DNA from: Octopus vulgaris
Lineage: Eukaryota
Length of the DNA: 64,000 nt
Reading direction: 5' to 3'
NCBI GenBank assembly: GCA_951406725.2
Contig: OX597820.1
Coordinates: forward strand, 95,480,001 to 95,544,000
The notes under the pieces are model-generated. The model saw only the letters and a list, made by a program, of their open reading frames with translations. It did no database searches and had not been told where the DNA came from. This document shows positions 27,233-40,391 of this stretch, piece after piece (the first letter of the stretch is position 1; every line of letters starts with the position of its first letter). Made by a program: the position numbers and the translations under genes.

Positions 27233-27512
27233 GGCGGCTGAGAACGAATGTCCTCCAGAGGACAATCATGGTTTCCTTATGTCTGGTTCTGAATGTTCTC
27301 AGGATCCATCCAACCAATCGTCTGCACTTTGTCACCATCCTGGTAATGTGCACTTGGAAAGAAGTATCCTCACTCATGTCGATACCCCGGTCCCTCACTG
27401 ATTTAGGGTCTGAGATTAAAATTCCCTGTGGACTAGTATACCCCGTAAGATTCATATGTAGTTTTGGAGGCTAATATCGCAGAGCCTGGAATTTTTCAGC
27501 ATTAAACTGCAT
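27233..27512 (-). pseudogene. CR1-group LINE RT C-terminal fragment
   Basis: MQFNAEKFQ...VRDRGIDMSEDTSFQVHI...CRRLVGWILRTFRTR...LWRTFVLSR, homologous to the ORF at 44670-45899. Confidence 0.8.
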
Positions 27513-28124
27513 ATATATATGATATATATATTACATGATAAATTTTCGGCTTTATGCGCTTACATTCTGTAAGCTTTGAGAAGCTATAATTTATTAAATG
27601 ATCACTACACAGCGATGATTAGAAAAGAGCTGTGTACATTTATGTTTAGCTCATTCAAATACACACAAATGTAGAAAGAACTCCTTTGTGGTAACTATAT
27701 CCTAAGAGAATCCCTGCTTTTAGACAATGAGTGTTAATTTGAGCTTGACAAAACTTTGCTTACGCGAACAAATTTATTTATTGTTATTTACATAGAAAGA
27801 GCAGTTGCTAGTGAAATATGAACGACAGATCCGTTATCTGTAACTGATGAAGCACAAAGACGCAGAAAATGTGCTTGCAGTCTAATTACGCCATTCATAT
27901 ATCAGTTCAGTGTGTTTTCACAGTTAATGTCTATAAAGGTAATTTCTCTTTTACGACAGTTACTGTAGCGAAGATATTTCCACATTTGAGTGTACACAAA
28001 CTTGTTAAATATAAATGTACACAGATTTATTGTAATCGTCGATGATTAATAAGCATTCAATTAATTACTTTCATTTAGAAAAAACCTTGAACACTGGAAT
28101 TGGTAAAGAAATATAAATCATATC

Positions 28125-28335
28125 GGTTTCAAATCTTGGCACAAGGCCAGCAGGACCAGGAAGGGAATAAATCGATTACATAGACCTCAGTCTTCAACTG
28201 GTACATATTTTATCGATCTTAAGACAATGAAAGGCAAAGTCAACCTCGGCAGAATTTGAACTCAGAGCGTAAGGACGGACGAAATGCTTCAAGTATTATA
28301 CCCAGTGTGCTAACGATTCTACCAGCTCGTTGCCA
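28125..28335 (-). mobile_element. Family A SINE
   Basis: ggtttcaaatcttggcacaaggccagc...gaaaggcaaagtcaacctcggcagaatttgaactcag...accagctcgttgcc. Confidence 0.8.
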
Positions 28336-29099
28336 TAACGGAATATGTAATATTGTAGACTATATTTGTTCGATTTATTTCTCCCTTTGTACTCATTTAG
28401 ATACGTTTAACAAAATTTGCTATCATTCATTATCAAGGAAACCTGGCATTCCTTTAAATTTTGAATGTAATTCTTCCGGGGTTAAGAAAACAATGCCAAT
28501 TCATTTCAGTTGGCTATAATTCTTTTCTAAGCACCGTGTGACGTTGTGTGATATTGTAAGAGGTGGTTATTTTTATCGTCATCATCACCATAGAAGGCTA
28601 GGTCTCTGTATTCGATTATACTACGTTCTTAACAGTAATATCTATTGATTTCTTTCATTCAGTCATTTAATAGAATAGGCTTCCTAGAGGAAAGCAGGTT
28701 TTAAAACCGGAATAGGAAGACAAAATTAGTAAGAAAGTTCTATCAACCGTCTCAACCAGCTTCTGAAAATTGTTTACAGGAATTACTTAAGCTAGCTTAA
28801 CAGTTCATCACCCATGCAAAGGGAAATAACCCAAAGAGATTTCAGGTCGAACCAAATCTGTGGATCGCTTCTTATTGGTGGTTGATGCCAGATTATTTCA
28901 TTTGCACTGTTGATAATATTAAAAAAAGTATGAATGTCACACCATAACTTCTCTTTCCATTTAAATCAATGACTTTGTATTAGAGTGATAAATCAATACT
29001 TGAATTCTTGTGAAATCCCCTTGCACGTAATCTCTTGTGTCAGTTTATGAGCTGATTTTGATCAACGACTGAACCCTTTTCTCTTCATTAACTTTAACA

Positions 29100-30281
29100 A
29101 GTATTTTGACTTAGGCACATGTCAGCAAATGTAAGAGGTGGGGATTAGTCTACACCATCGACCCCACTCCTTGAGTGGCATTTTATTTAATTGACTCTGG
29201 AGAAATGAAAGGTAAAGTTGACCTCTGTGGAATTTGAATTGAAGGTGTTAAGAACAGGAACAAATAGTGCAAAGCATTTATTCATAGGCTTTAGTGGTGC
29301 AACTTTAACGATACGGATCGTTGCCCTTTCACTAACATTAATAGTTCTTTCTAATTTTGGTATAGGGCCTGCAATTATGTCGTGAATGGGTAAGTCATTT
29401 ACGACTTCAGTAACTGACTGGTACTTATTTTATGGAATCCCCTTCTCCCAAGAAAAGATGAAAGCAAAGTCGACTTCGGCAAAATTTTATCTCAGAACTT
29501 AAGCAACCAGAAATGCAACTAAGCTGTTTGTTCGACGGGCTAACGATTTTGCCAGTTCCACGTCTTAAACACTAACATTAATAATTTCAAATTTTAGCAG
29601 AAAGGCAACAATTTTGACCAATTGCATCGATCCCAGTGCTCAACTGGTAAATATTTAATTGACCCCAGTGCTCAACTGGCAAATATTTAATTGACCCCCA
29701 AAAGGATGAAAGACAGAATTGACTTCGGCAGAATTTGAACTCAAAATGTAATGAATCGGAAGAAATGCCGCGAAGCATCATGTTCGGAGGGCTGACGATT
29801 CTGCCAGATCGCCGGCTTGACACTAACAATAATGGTTTCAAATTTTTGCACAAGGCCAGCAATTTTGGAGAGGGGTAAGTCGATTTCATGGACTCCATTA
29901 CTCAAATAGTACTTATTTTATCGATCCCCGAAACAATGAAATACAAAGTCGACCTCGGCGGAATTTGAACTCTCACCGTCAAGTCAGAAAAAAGTGCTGC
30001 TAAGCATTTTGTCCGATGCGGTAACCGTTCTGCCAGATCGCCACATTATCACACTCGTTAATAATGGTTTCAAAATTTGGCACAAGGCCAGCAGGTTTGG
30101 AGGAGGGAGTAAGTTTATTACATCAACCTCAGTGTTCAACTGGTACTTATTTTATCAACCCCTAAAGGATTAAAGGCAAAGTGAACCTCGGCGGAATTTG
30201 AACTCAGAACGTCGAGTCGGACGAAATGCCGCTGAGAATTTTGCATGGCGCGGTAACGATTCTGCCAGCTCGCCACCTTAA
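29100..30281 (-). repeat. Head-to-tail array of about 5 family A SINEs (period ~230-250 bp)
   Basis: Recurring aaagtcgacctcggcggaatttgaactc core; spacer cactaacattaataat at ~29330, 29570, 29821 and 30052. Confidence 0.85.
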
Positions 30282-31099
30282 CAGCCTCATTGATAATGTC
30301 GTTACTAATAGCAAGAACGTCGCAACGGCCGCTAAAATGCCTAAGTCCATTATGTCTAGCTTAAATAAATCAATACAAGAAGTGTCTAAGAAGTTTGAAC
30401 GTCAACACGGTTTAAATTTGAAGTAGAAAACAGCTTACTTCAGTTTCGCCTCTAATATCTCTGGTTTGTATATTCTATTTCATATAGAAGATCTGTGCAC
30501 TATTTCAAACGTATTCATTATTCAATTATTTAATAATAATTAGATAAGATATAGTAAATAAGAAATGCTGTGAAAATAGATTTCTACAAATCCATTTTGG
30601 AATCGCTTTGTGACTAGACATTTGAAACTGGTATTTACAGAGACTGTAAAAACCTTCTCAGAAAGTCTATTATATATTAATTGAACATTTAATTTTGATA
30701 TCCTCTGCGTATATTATTTTCTTTCATTTTAGCAATTACAAAGAAAGGTTAGGGATTTATTAGGCTAATAAGAATGAAATAAGATTAATAAGTTAATATA
30801 TAGTTTAAACTCTTGAATTGTTAGGAAATATAAATAGTAATAGAGGGGGATATGGACATCTGTAATTTTGGGAAAAGAGTTGACAAACTGACACGTGATT
30901 TTAGCACTTCTATCATGACAGACTATCACTAGAGAATTTGAAGATTATTGTGTCCTTCACAGCGTAAAAGTGAAATATGTATCTTCCCTTCGAATTTATT
31001 TGTTTGGAGGTAATTTCAACAACTGAGAAGTGAGTGCTATTACAGAGGAAAGATGGTAGCTCCACTGATAGGATTTAAAATATCTCCGTTTGATCAGCA

Positions 31100-31635
31100 G
31101 TTCAAAAACCTATTGATTCAGACAGCTCTATAACCAATTAACTCACACGATAAGTGTTCTGTGTGTTGACTCTAGTGACACATCTACAACTATTGACCCA
31201 GAAAACATCTCTTCAACCTGCTAACTCGGAAAATAGCTCTACAAACTATTGACTCGGGTAACAATTCTATAACCTACAGACTCAGATAACACATCTAGAA
31301 CTTATTGATTCAGACAACATCTTTATACCGTGTTGACTGAAACTATGGCTTTAAAAGGTACTGACTCAGGAAACATATCTATAACCCATCAACTCTGACA
31401 ACACCTCTACAACCTATTGACTCAAACATCTCTATAACCTGTTGATTCAGACAATAGCTTCACAAAGTACAGATTCAGGGAACATCTCTACACCTATAAC
31501 ATCAGACAACAGCTCTGTAATGTATTGGCTGAGACAACAATTCTACAAGCTATTGGCTCAGATAGCAGCTTTACAAAGTATTAACTCAGATAACAACGAT
31601 ATGGTTTACTGGCGCAGGCAGCAGCTCTACAACAG
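31100..31635 (+). repeat. Diverged 28-bp minisatellite, about 19 units (consensus ~CTCTACAACCTATTGACTCAGACAACAG)
   Basis: Unit starts at 31209, 31237 and 31265 (28-bp spacing); motif tattgactcag recurs throughout. Confidence 0.85.
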
Positions 31636-31716
31636 ACATGCAGTTGCCTCATGGCACTAGGAAAAGACAGCAAAATAATGTGACTTCCATAAATGGCATT
31701 GTTGGTTTTAACATAC

Positions 31717-31822
31717 CTACTGGCTTCCATATTTTTGTCATGTTACTGAAGTGATCCCAGTCAGTGCCTTCAGAATTTAGCCATAATATCTCTTCGGTGA
31801 ATTCTAAAGGCTTCACTCCATT
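31717..31822 (-). CDS. Internal coding exon (106 bp, phase 0/1) of an unidentified gene
   Basis: Long pyrimidine tract ending tctttacAG, donor TAG|GTATGT; only one open frame: NGVKPLEFTEEILWLNSEGTDWDHFSNMTKIWKPV. Confidence 0.65.
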
Positions 31823-31950
31823 CTGTAAAGAAAAAATAGTGAGAAACTGAAAATAGCAAAAAAAAAAAAAAAAGAAATTCTTAAAGCAATCCACTTTTAT
31901 TTCCCAGACTATTGACTTAGTTTCCCATTTTTAAAAACTGTAACACTGTT

Positions 31951-32338
31951 TTCTTTACTCTCTCTTTTTACTCTTTACTTGTTTCAGTCATTTGACTGCG
32001 ACCATGCTGGAGCACCGCCTTTAGTCGAGCAAATCGACCCTAGGACTTATTCTTTGTAAGCCTAGTACTTATTCTATCGGTCTCTTTGCCGAACCGCTAA
32101 GTGACGGGGACATAAACACACCAGCATCGGTTGTCAAGCGATGTTGGGGGGACAAACACACACGTACATATATGTATATACTACGGGCTTCTTTCAGTTT
32201 CTGTCTACCAAATCCCCTTACAAGGCTTTGATCGGCCCGAGGTTATAGTAGGAGACACTTGCCGAAGGTGCCACACAGTGGGACTGAACCCGGAACCATG
32301 TGGTTGGTAAGCAAGCTACTTACCACACAGCCACTCCT
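31951..32338 (-). mobile_element. Near-intact family D SINE (tRNA head, CORE-like domain)
   Basis: aggagtggctgtgtggtaagtagcttgc...ggttccgggttcagtccc...ggcaagtgtc...tgactgaaacaagtaaaga, simple-repeat tail. Confidence 0.9.
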
Positions 32339-32539
32339 TAAGTTGAATATTTTTATGTTTCTTGCAAAAGCGTGTCCCTCTAATAGTCTGCAAATTCAAA
32401 TTCTTGTTAAGTTCAACTATTTGGAATTTTGTTATAAAACAACACAAAATAATTCAACATTAAATATTGTACAACAAATATCATGAATAAAATTCTCTCA
32501 AACATGTACATAATCTTTAATTATTCTCATTTAAAGCAT

Positions 32540-32990
32540 TTTAATAGCGGGCTCCAAAAGAATTTCCGCCAACTTGCCTGGATTATGTTCACTTCCGCTA
32601 CAAATAACGGTGGTACAGTGAATAGCACAAATGTAGTTATAGGTTATATCTTCGCTGACTACTTTCCAATTAAAACAACACTACATACTCTTGGCAAATA
32701 TCCTCCAAATCCTTCCCCTTGTGAACTTCCAGATGCAATATCTTTCATATATACACACCAAGTGCGAAAGTACCTTTAATCGCTTCAAACAAACCAGACC
32801 ACCTACCCTGATAATATCTTTTCTATTACTCTGAAACTTTGCGCCTTAGGGCTAACTCTTTTATTTTTCAGCTTTTCCCTCTCTACGAGGTTCTAACCTG
32901 ATATCTGGAAGCATACTATAGTGCGTTCCATTTCTAAGAAAGACAAACCCTCTGACACTGATAACTATCACCCTACTGCATCTATCGTTG
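32540..32990 (+). pseudogene. Decayed Jockey/CR1-group LINE ORF2 fragment
   Basis: WKHTIVRSISKKDKPSDTDNYHPT resembles WKxAxVxPIPKKG..D..NYRPI. Confidence 0.6.
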
Positions 32991-34030
32991 CCAGCAACAG
33001 GTATTTTTATCTCTCACTGTTTAAATGTTTCCCTATCGATACATATTTTTCCAACTGAAATTATGTATTTATATCAATTAGCATTTTGTATACGCTTTCT
33101 TTTAAAATATACCTTTCATAGCTCTCTGAAATAATGTAACGTCTATTACAATTTTTATCCGCCTTTTTATCTGTTTCATCTAAATCGGCAAATGCGTCCT
33201 ATAAAATTCACCCGGTCTCACGGCATGTGTTAACGGATTTCTTTCTTGCCCTCACTCTATCACTTCCAGCATTCTTCAGGTGTCAGGTTTGCCTACCATT
33301 CTGTTTATCTCGCTATATATATCCCACACAACAGTTTATCATCACATCCCAAAATACCCGTTTTAACTTTATTACCAACTCACTTCCTTTATTTTCTTTA
33401 ATTTTTAAACGACTTTTTCTGCATTACTCCATGGCAGCAGAAATTATATCCAAAACTATTCGGATGAAGTTACTAACATGTGCTATTATTCAATTAACTG
33501 GTATCAATTCAGAATTTTGTATTATAATCTCTCCTTCCTGTTTGACTACTCTTATAATGACTCGACTTCCAAATCCGGTTCACTGTCCAAACATCTTTAA
33601 ATGTTTATTTACAAACCTGATTCGTCTAATATAAAATAATCTTTATTGTTCAAAAAATTAGCACTTGTCAAATAACGACATATTGCCTGAGCTTCTGTCT
33701 TGAAAATTTCTGGAATGTTCCCTTCAGTTTCAAATACTTTTCATTGTGTTAGTGTGTGTGTGTGTGATCGAAAAGTGATATTGTATGCTATCACTCCGGA
33801 AGGCCTGTGTGTGTGTGCGGTTTCTGTACGCATGTGCTAATATCATCAAATACGAAAATTCTTTTAATGAGCTGCAAAACATGATATTTGGACTATATAA
33901 TGTCTCACTGTTTAAAATGTATAAATCGATGTATTTTTCCGACTGAAATTATGTATTTATGTCAATTACATTTTGCTTCTGTGGTTTTAAATCGTTAACT
34001 TATACCAGAGTTTACATTTAGCAATATACA

Positions 34031-34331
34031 GGCACAGACATGGCCGTATGGTAAGAAACTTGCTTTCCAAGCAAATGGTTCCGGGTTCAGTACCACTGCG
34101 TGGCACATTGGGCAAGTGTCTTCTTCTGAAGCCCCTGGCCTACCAAAGCCTTGTGAGTGGATTCGGTAGACGGAAACTAAAAGTAGTGGTTCGGCAAAAA
34201 GACCGATAGAATAAAAATACTAGGCTTATAAAAATAAATACTAGGGTCTAACTATTCGACTTAAAATTCTTCAAGGTGGTACCCCAACATGGCCGCAGTC
34301 TAATGACTGAACCAAGTAGAAGATAAAAGAT
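34031..34331 (+). mobile_element. Family D SINE (internally deleted)
   Basis: tggccgtatggtaagaaacttgc...ggttccgggttcagtaccactgcgtggcacattgggcaagtgtc...ggccgcagtctaatgactgaa. Confidence 0.85.
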
Positions 34332-34759
34332 ATATAAGATACCATATTTGTTCTAATTTTATTTATATATTTGTAACTAGCACTTTCGGTACAAGGAAAC
34401 GTGAAATTACGATTAGAGCACAAAGAAGATAATTTGTTAGGAAATTAGGGATTGAGGCTTAGTAATTGAGTGTTAAGGAAAATTATTAGATCCGATATTT
34501 TCTTAACTTATACTATGATGAAAATAAATCAGACTCCAAACTTGAAAAACCAAAAAAAAAAAAAAAAGGAAAAATGAATCAGTGTAAACTCGGAATTTAT
34601 CTAAAACTGTTAATCTAAAGAGTGTTTCTTAAAGTGAATGGTACCGTTCTATTTTGGGCGATGAGGGGGATTTTGTACTGCCTTCTTTAGTCTTTGTATT
34701 CTATCTAAATATTAAGTTTAGGGCTTTTTTTTTAAATGTAATATGATAAACTGCTTTGA

Positions 34760-34960
34760 GGCGGCGAGCTGGCAGTATCGTTTGCACGCCGGTCGAAATG
34801 CTTAGCGCCATTTCGTTCGTCTTCGTGTTCTGAGTTCAAATTCTGTTGAGGTCGACTTCGTCTTTCATCCGCTCAGGATTGATAAAAGGAGCACAGGGGT
34901 CGATGTAATCGCCTTACTTCCTGCCCCCAAATTGCTGGCATTGTGCCAAAATTTGAAACC
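34760..34960 (+). mobile_element. Family A SINE with TSD
   Basis: ggcggcgagctggcagtatcg...; AATATGATAAA..GCTTT flanks both sides. Confidence 0.85.
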
Positions 34961-36146
34961 AATATGATAAAACGCTTTCAAATCGCGAAAAGAGTGAAGT
35001 AAGTGATGTGATCGCAGAATACTGAAAACAGAAGTTCCGCTGGGATGAATAACAAGGCTCACAGCCAACAAGTATAAATGTGTGGTCGTCAAGTGTTATC
35101 CGAGAGATCGGAGTTGATCATTCAGAAGACTTCTAAGGCAATGGGAAAACGACACAGCGAAACAAACTGAGCTCAAATTGAAGAGTAGGGAGTAATTAAA
35201 AGAAGAATGGCTGTGGATTATCACAACAACAAAACAATACCAACGATAATATCAAAAAATAATAGACCTAGAAATGTGAAAAAATAAACAAATCCGAATA
35301 TATACGACCTCTACTCACTTTTAGTAGGATTGCGCTGCGGTAAGTAGTCACCTATATCAAACTAGTAACCGGAAATGGATTACTCTGGATTAATTTAACG
35401 CGTATGTACGATAAAGATGAGATGGGATGTTGAATTGTAGCCAAAGTATTTTGAAGAAGTGTTAGGAAAAGGGAAAAAGTGAAAGAAGTGAAAATTGTTT
35501 CAGAAACACTAATCTAAATAAGACTTGTGACAACATAATTACACTGCTGCATCGAATATGTGTCTCCAATGATTAATTTCAAAACAGGCCAAAAGAGACG
35601 ACCTAAATGTCAAGAGTTGAAAGAATATGGTAGTAGTCAGCATTATTGCGTGATACAGGAACTAATGGGAAATCTTTACTTCTAGAAATTGATAAGAATG
35701 AAGGTGAATGCTCGCAGATATGTAAGGAGGTAATTATTTCTCTAATAATCGTTAGATTATTTATACATTAGTTGAGTCATTTGCACATATGACAGCTTTC
35801 ACACACTATCAACAACTTAAGTTCTCTGTAATTAATAATATCATAACGTGATGAATAATTCACATTATAAAATGAACACGCATGCGCGCACGTGTACATT
35901 TGTATATGCGTATTTATAAGATAGTATAAATTTACTTCGTGGTTTATACCTAATTAATTGTAAAAAATCGCATACAATTTAAAGTTATATAAAGAATTGA
36001 TTTAAATACGTGCATGTTATTCCCACACTCACATGTACACAGATGTGTGCGTATGTATGAGTATATGTATGTGTGCGAGTTTGTATGTATATCTCCGTTA
36101 TATACTGAGAGCTTTTCTTCACGTATATCTATAGAGAATACACAGA

Positions 36147-36212
<66 letters not shown>

Positions 36213-36276
36213 AATGTGTGTGTGTACACATATACATATATATATGTTTACGTATATTTATATATATGTATGTATG

Positions 36277-36323
<47 letters not shown>

Positions 36324-36816
36324 CTTTATATTATTATGAGTATAATCATAATTAGGGTTCAGCAAAAAAATTTGCTTTGCCACATACCGAACTTTTAGAA
36401 ATAGCAACCAAAGAAATTAACTATTTCTTCTACTATAAGAAGAATCTCCCAGACAATGTATACTCGAAAAACAATTCACGTCGGCATAGAGGAAAAAATA
36501 ACGAAAATTCACCCGGCATATGATTACTTGTGGACGCGTTTCTGAGTTAGTGGGAAGAAATCCAAGATAGTCTTGCATTCCATTTCCTCCTACAGTCGGG
36601 CATTCCAAAGATAGTGGCATTTCCACTCTTTTGAGAGCTTCAAGATTTCACCGTCACTCTGGCAGGATGACTGATGAGTGCTATGCTTTGCCATAGGGCA
36701 ACCTGGGATTTTGTCCGAGATTGCTTATTTACAGGCCAGTCACCTTTCCGTAAATGGGGGACTCGATGCATGGGAGTTATCGACACCATACAACTTTCTA
36801 TACACACGCACGCATT

Positions 36817-37333
36817 ATCTTTTACTTGTTTCAGTAATTAGGTGCTGCCAACATGGGGTACCGTGTTGAAGAGGTTTTAGAACTTTTTTTAAAGTCTGGT
36901 ATTTATTCAATCGGAATCTTTTGCCGAACCTCTAAGTTACGGGGGCGTAAACAAACCAACACCGGTTGTAAAGCGGTGGTGGAATGGGCACCACGGTCAC
37001 CAGATTCAACTCTCATGGACTTTTTCTTTTGGGGCTGCATTAAACCCCAATGGGTATTCAGAAAAGATTCTAGAACAAGGACATCCTCAAAGAATTGTTG
37101 AAGCATGTGAACAAGTCAGCGGCAATGAAGAGTTATTTGAGAAGGTTCATCGCACAAAGACACACACGCACACACACACGCCCCCACACGATAAGCTATT
37201 TTCAGTTTCCGTCTACGAAATCTACTCACGAGACTTTGGTCTACCAGAGGCTAAGCTATAGTAGAAGACATTTGCCCTAAGGTACTATGCAGCTGGTCTG
37301 ACACCGGAACAGTGTGGTTGGGAAACAAGCTTT
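36817..37333 (-). mobile_element. Family D SINE containing a Tc1/mariner transposase fragment (~36982-37150, + strand)
   Basis: SINE tail and head motifs flank EWAPRSPDSTLMDFFFWGCIK (WPPRSPDLTPLDFFLWG-like). Confidence 0.7.
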
Positions 37334-40300
37334 CAGACTAAAATCTAAAAACCACGACTAACGTCAAAATCATCATCTCTCTCGTGATATATAATTTTAA
37401 TTATTTCCCTCAATATTACTCGTCTTCTTTATTCGTGTAGAATGCATCAGCAGCAGAGTTATGACTAACTTTATACATCAGAAGTTTGAAAACTACTCAT
37501 TCAACTAATTAATCATGTGATTTGTATTGCCCAGATTTTGTGTTGTTGAAGATGAAACAATTTTTGATGGCATCTACAAAATGTCCGCTTTATAGTTAAC
37601 ATTTTGTTTTTGAGAGCAACTTGTGATACAGAGGTTTTTTTAGGGACATAAGCAGAATATAGAGTAATAGCAGAATAATAGGATAAGTATTTAGCGTTAA
37701 TAAAAACCTATTGATTATTTCATAATGTTTTCGTAAAAGAGTTTACAAACACATATCATCCCTGTGATTTGTATAATTATATATTTAATTCACAACTACA
37801 ATTGAGGACATTTCTATATATCTAAAAACAAATTGCTCATTACAAATCGGACTATTTTTATGGAAAATCGATACACACACGGCGCACACAGACAGTCAGA
37901 TAGACAAACAGACAGACAGACAGACACACACACGCAAAACACACGCATGACGTATAATAAAATATTCAGTTTACAACATTACTTTCTACCCTCATAAATA
38001 CGGCAGACAACATATATTTTTGGCATCTTCTTTGGCATACAATTTATAAGAAAATTTTACAAAATTAAATTTTTTAGGCCCCAAAAAACTGGATTGCAAG
38101 AAGTTAAGAACAGGAAAAAACTATATATGATTGTAGGGTATGAGTAGAATGGAAGTGATGGTGAAGATAATCTTTTTCTAATTTGTCATTATTTGGGTCC
38201 AGTCAGGCATGTGTGCAGACACAGTACACGTATACATTTACATATGCACATATATACACGAGTGTATATATATTATATATATATATGTGCGTGTATATAT
38301 ATTTATACATATATATATATACATATACATACATATATATGTATACACACATATACATACATATATATGTATACACACATATACATACATATATATGTAT
38401 ACATACATACATACATACATATACAAGCATGCACACACAAACACACACACATATACATATATTTATTTATATATATTTATAGATAAATATATATATATAT
38501 ATACATACATTCTGAAACTTCACCATTGTGAGTTGAATTTGCCTTCTATTCGCTTCCCACTTAGAGCTGATTAGACACATCTAGGCATATAACGTCAGCT
38601 GCATGGCCTTCGCCGCAAATTTTCGATCTTGTAATAAGATACGAAATGATTAAACATGAAACACTGAAACTTATAACAACGCAAAACGAAAAGGTGGTAA
38701 CCTGTCAGAAGCAATAAAATACCCGATTTGAGGTACCTTGCTTCGTTTCTTCACGCAGCGTTTTCAAATTTGCCTACATATTTACCATTTATTGCTCTAT
38801 GGTTCCTAAAATATCTGCAAGGAATATACCAGCAAGAGTAGCTTTGCTTGATAATACTGTTTTACTTCGCAGCTAATATTGTACTTAAAGAAAAATACAA
38901 AACAAACTAAAGTTCCGCCTATCAAAGAAATAAGCTATCGGGACATGACTGTGGATAATTCCTTTTACAACAGGCCAACGAATCGAATGTGTAACAGAGC
39001 AGAAAGAAACAGACAAATCAATATCACTATATTTCGGGGAAAAACCTTTTGACAGAAAATGATATTCATTGATTTCAAGCCATAAATAAACATCAATCCT
39101 ATACGCTTCAATAATTCCGAAAACAAGAGGTTAATAAATATAGTGTTAATCTAAAATGAAAGTAACAAATGCCGGTATCCATATTTTCATGGATTCATAT
39201 TTCGCAATAAAGGCGGAAAATATTGTAAAAATACAAATAATAATTCCTATTGCATTAGTATACTTTAAAGGGGGGAATCAGCTGTCGTATTGTTTATAAT
39301 TTTCCCAAGGGTGAGAGAAGAGAATTGTGTGAGAGATTGTGAGAGAGAAGAGAATTGTGTGAGAGAAGAGAATTGTATGTGAGAGAAAAGGGTCGGCTTC
39401 GAACTGATACTGAGACCTGTAAGTTGACTTGGCATGGATTAAATCTTATTGTACGACGAAGGAAGGAATATAAAGGAGAAATGTATGCTCAATAAGTTAA
39501 AAACCGGATTCTTTAGTTGGCAAAAGTGAATGATATAACGAAAGACTTGTCGACATTATTAGTCATAAACACGTTAGTCTATATAATATACATATGTATG
39601 GTCATGTTAGCTAGACAAAAGATTATTCAGTGAAACAAACACGTACATACATGCAGACAGTGGAGGTTGCTCACATGCAGGCATTCTGTATAATGCTCAC
39701 GCATAAAAACATGTAGGGCTGAATGGGATGAGGAGAAGCATAGGGAGTAATATTTCTTAAGGGCTACCGGAGAAAATTTTTCAAAGCCGAATATAAACGA
39801 CGTTGCTTCTTGTGTTTCTTGGAGTGACATGTCCCTTGGTGGGCAGATATAGTTAAAAGGATAGCCACACTGGTTAGAAAGAATGACTAGATATATTGAA
39901 AGAGTGAGCTATGAGTTCGCGGGTGTGCGTTAGTGAATACTGCAAAAGTGGACATTGAGAACTATCACCCAAGTGACGAGTAGTTTTATCAGTATAGAGT
40001 AGCATGCAGAATTTATGTAACACGTGAGGTTGAAAGTCATGTGACTAATATATATATATATATATATATATAGTAGAAATATGTTACGAAAAGAAAATAT
40101 AAAATACACGTGGAAATGTAAGGGTAAAATATGAAAAATCAGCGGAAATGCATATTGCAAATAGAAAAAGGCTATTTATGACAGGTAACGACAAATATAT
40201 GCATTTAGATTGACTGAGGTAGTAATACGAGTCATAAAAGTCATTATTATGAGATGATTATAAGATGATAATAAAGTAAGAAAACAAAACGAACCAATGG

Positions 40301-40340
40301 TTTACGCAAAGCTATTCATCGTTTGAACAACACCGGTTAA

Positions 40341-40391
<51 letters not shown>

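Noticed and set aside
27844-27890. CTGATGA...GAAA...GTC motif
   Set aside because: Stems I and III do not pair convincingly.
31100-31635. CRISPR-like periodicity
   Set aside because: Eukaryotic context, contiguous diverged units, no unique spacers, no cas genes.
35050-35620. Possible further R4/Dong remnant on the + strand
   Set aside because: Too decayed to support by eye.
36670-36710. CTGATGAG followed by a hairpin
   Set aside because: No GAAA core half downstream.
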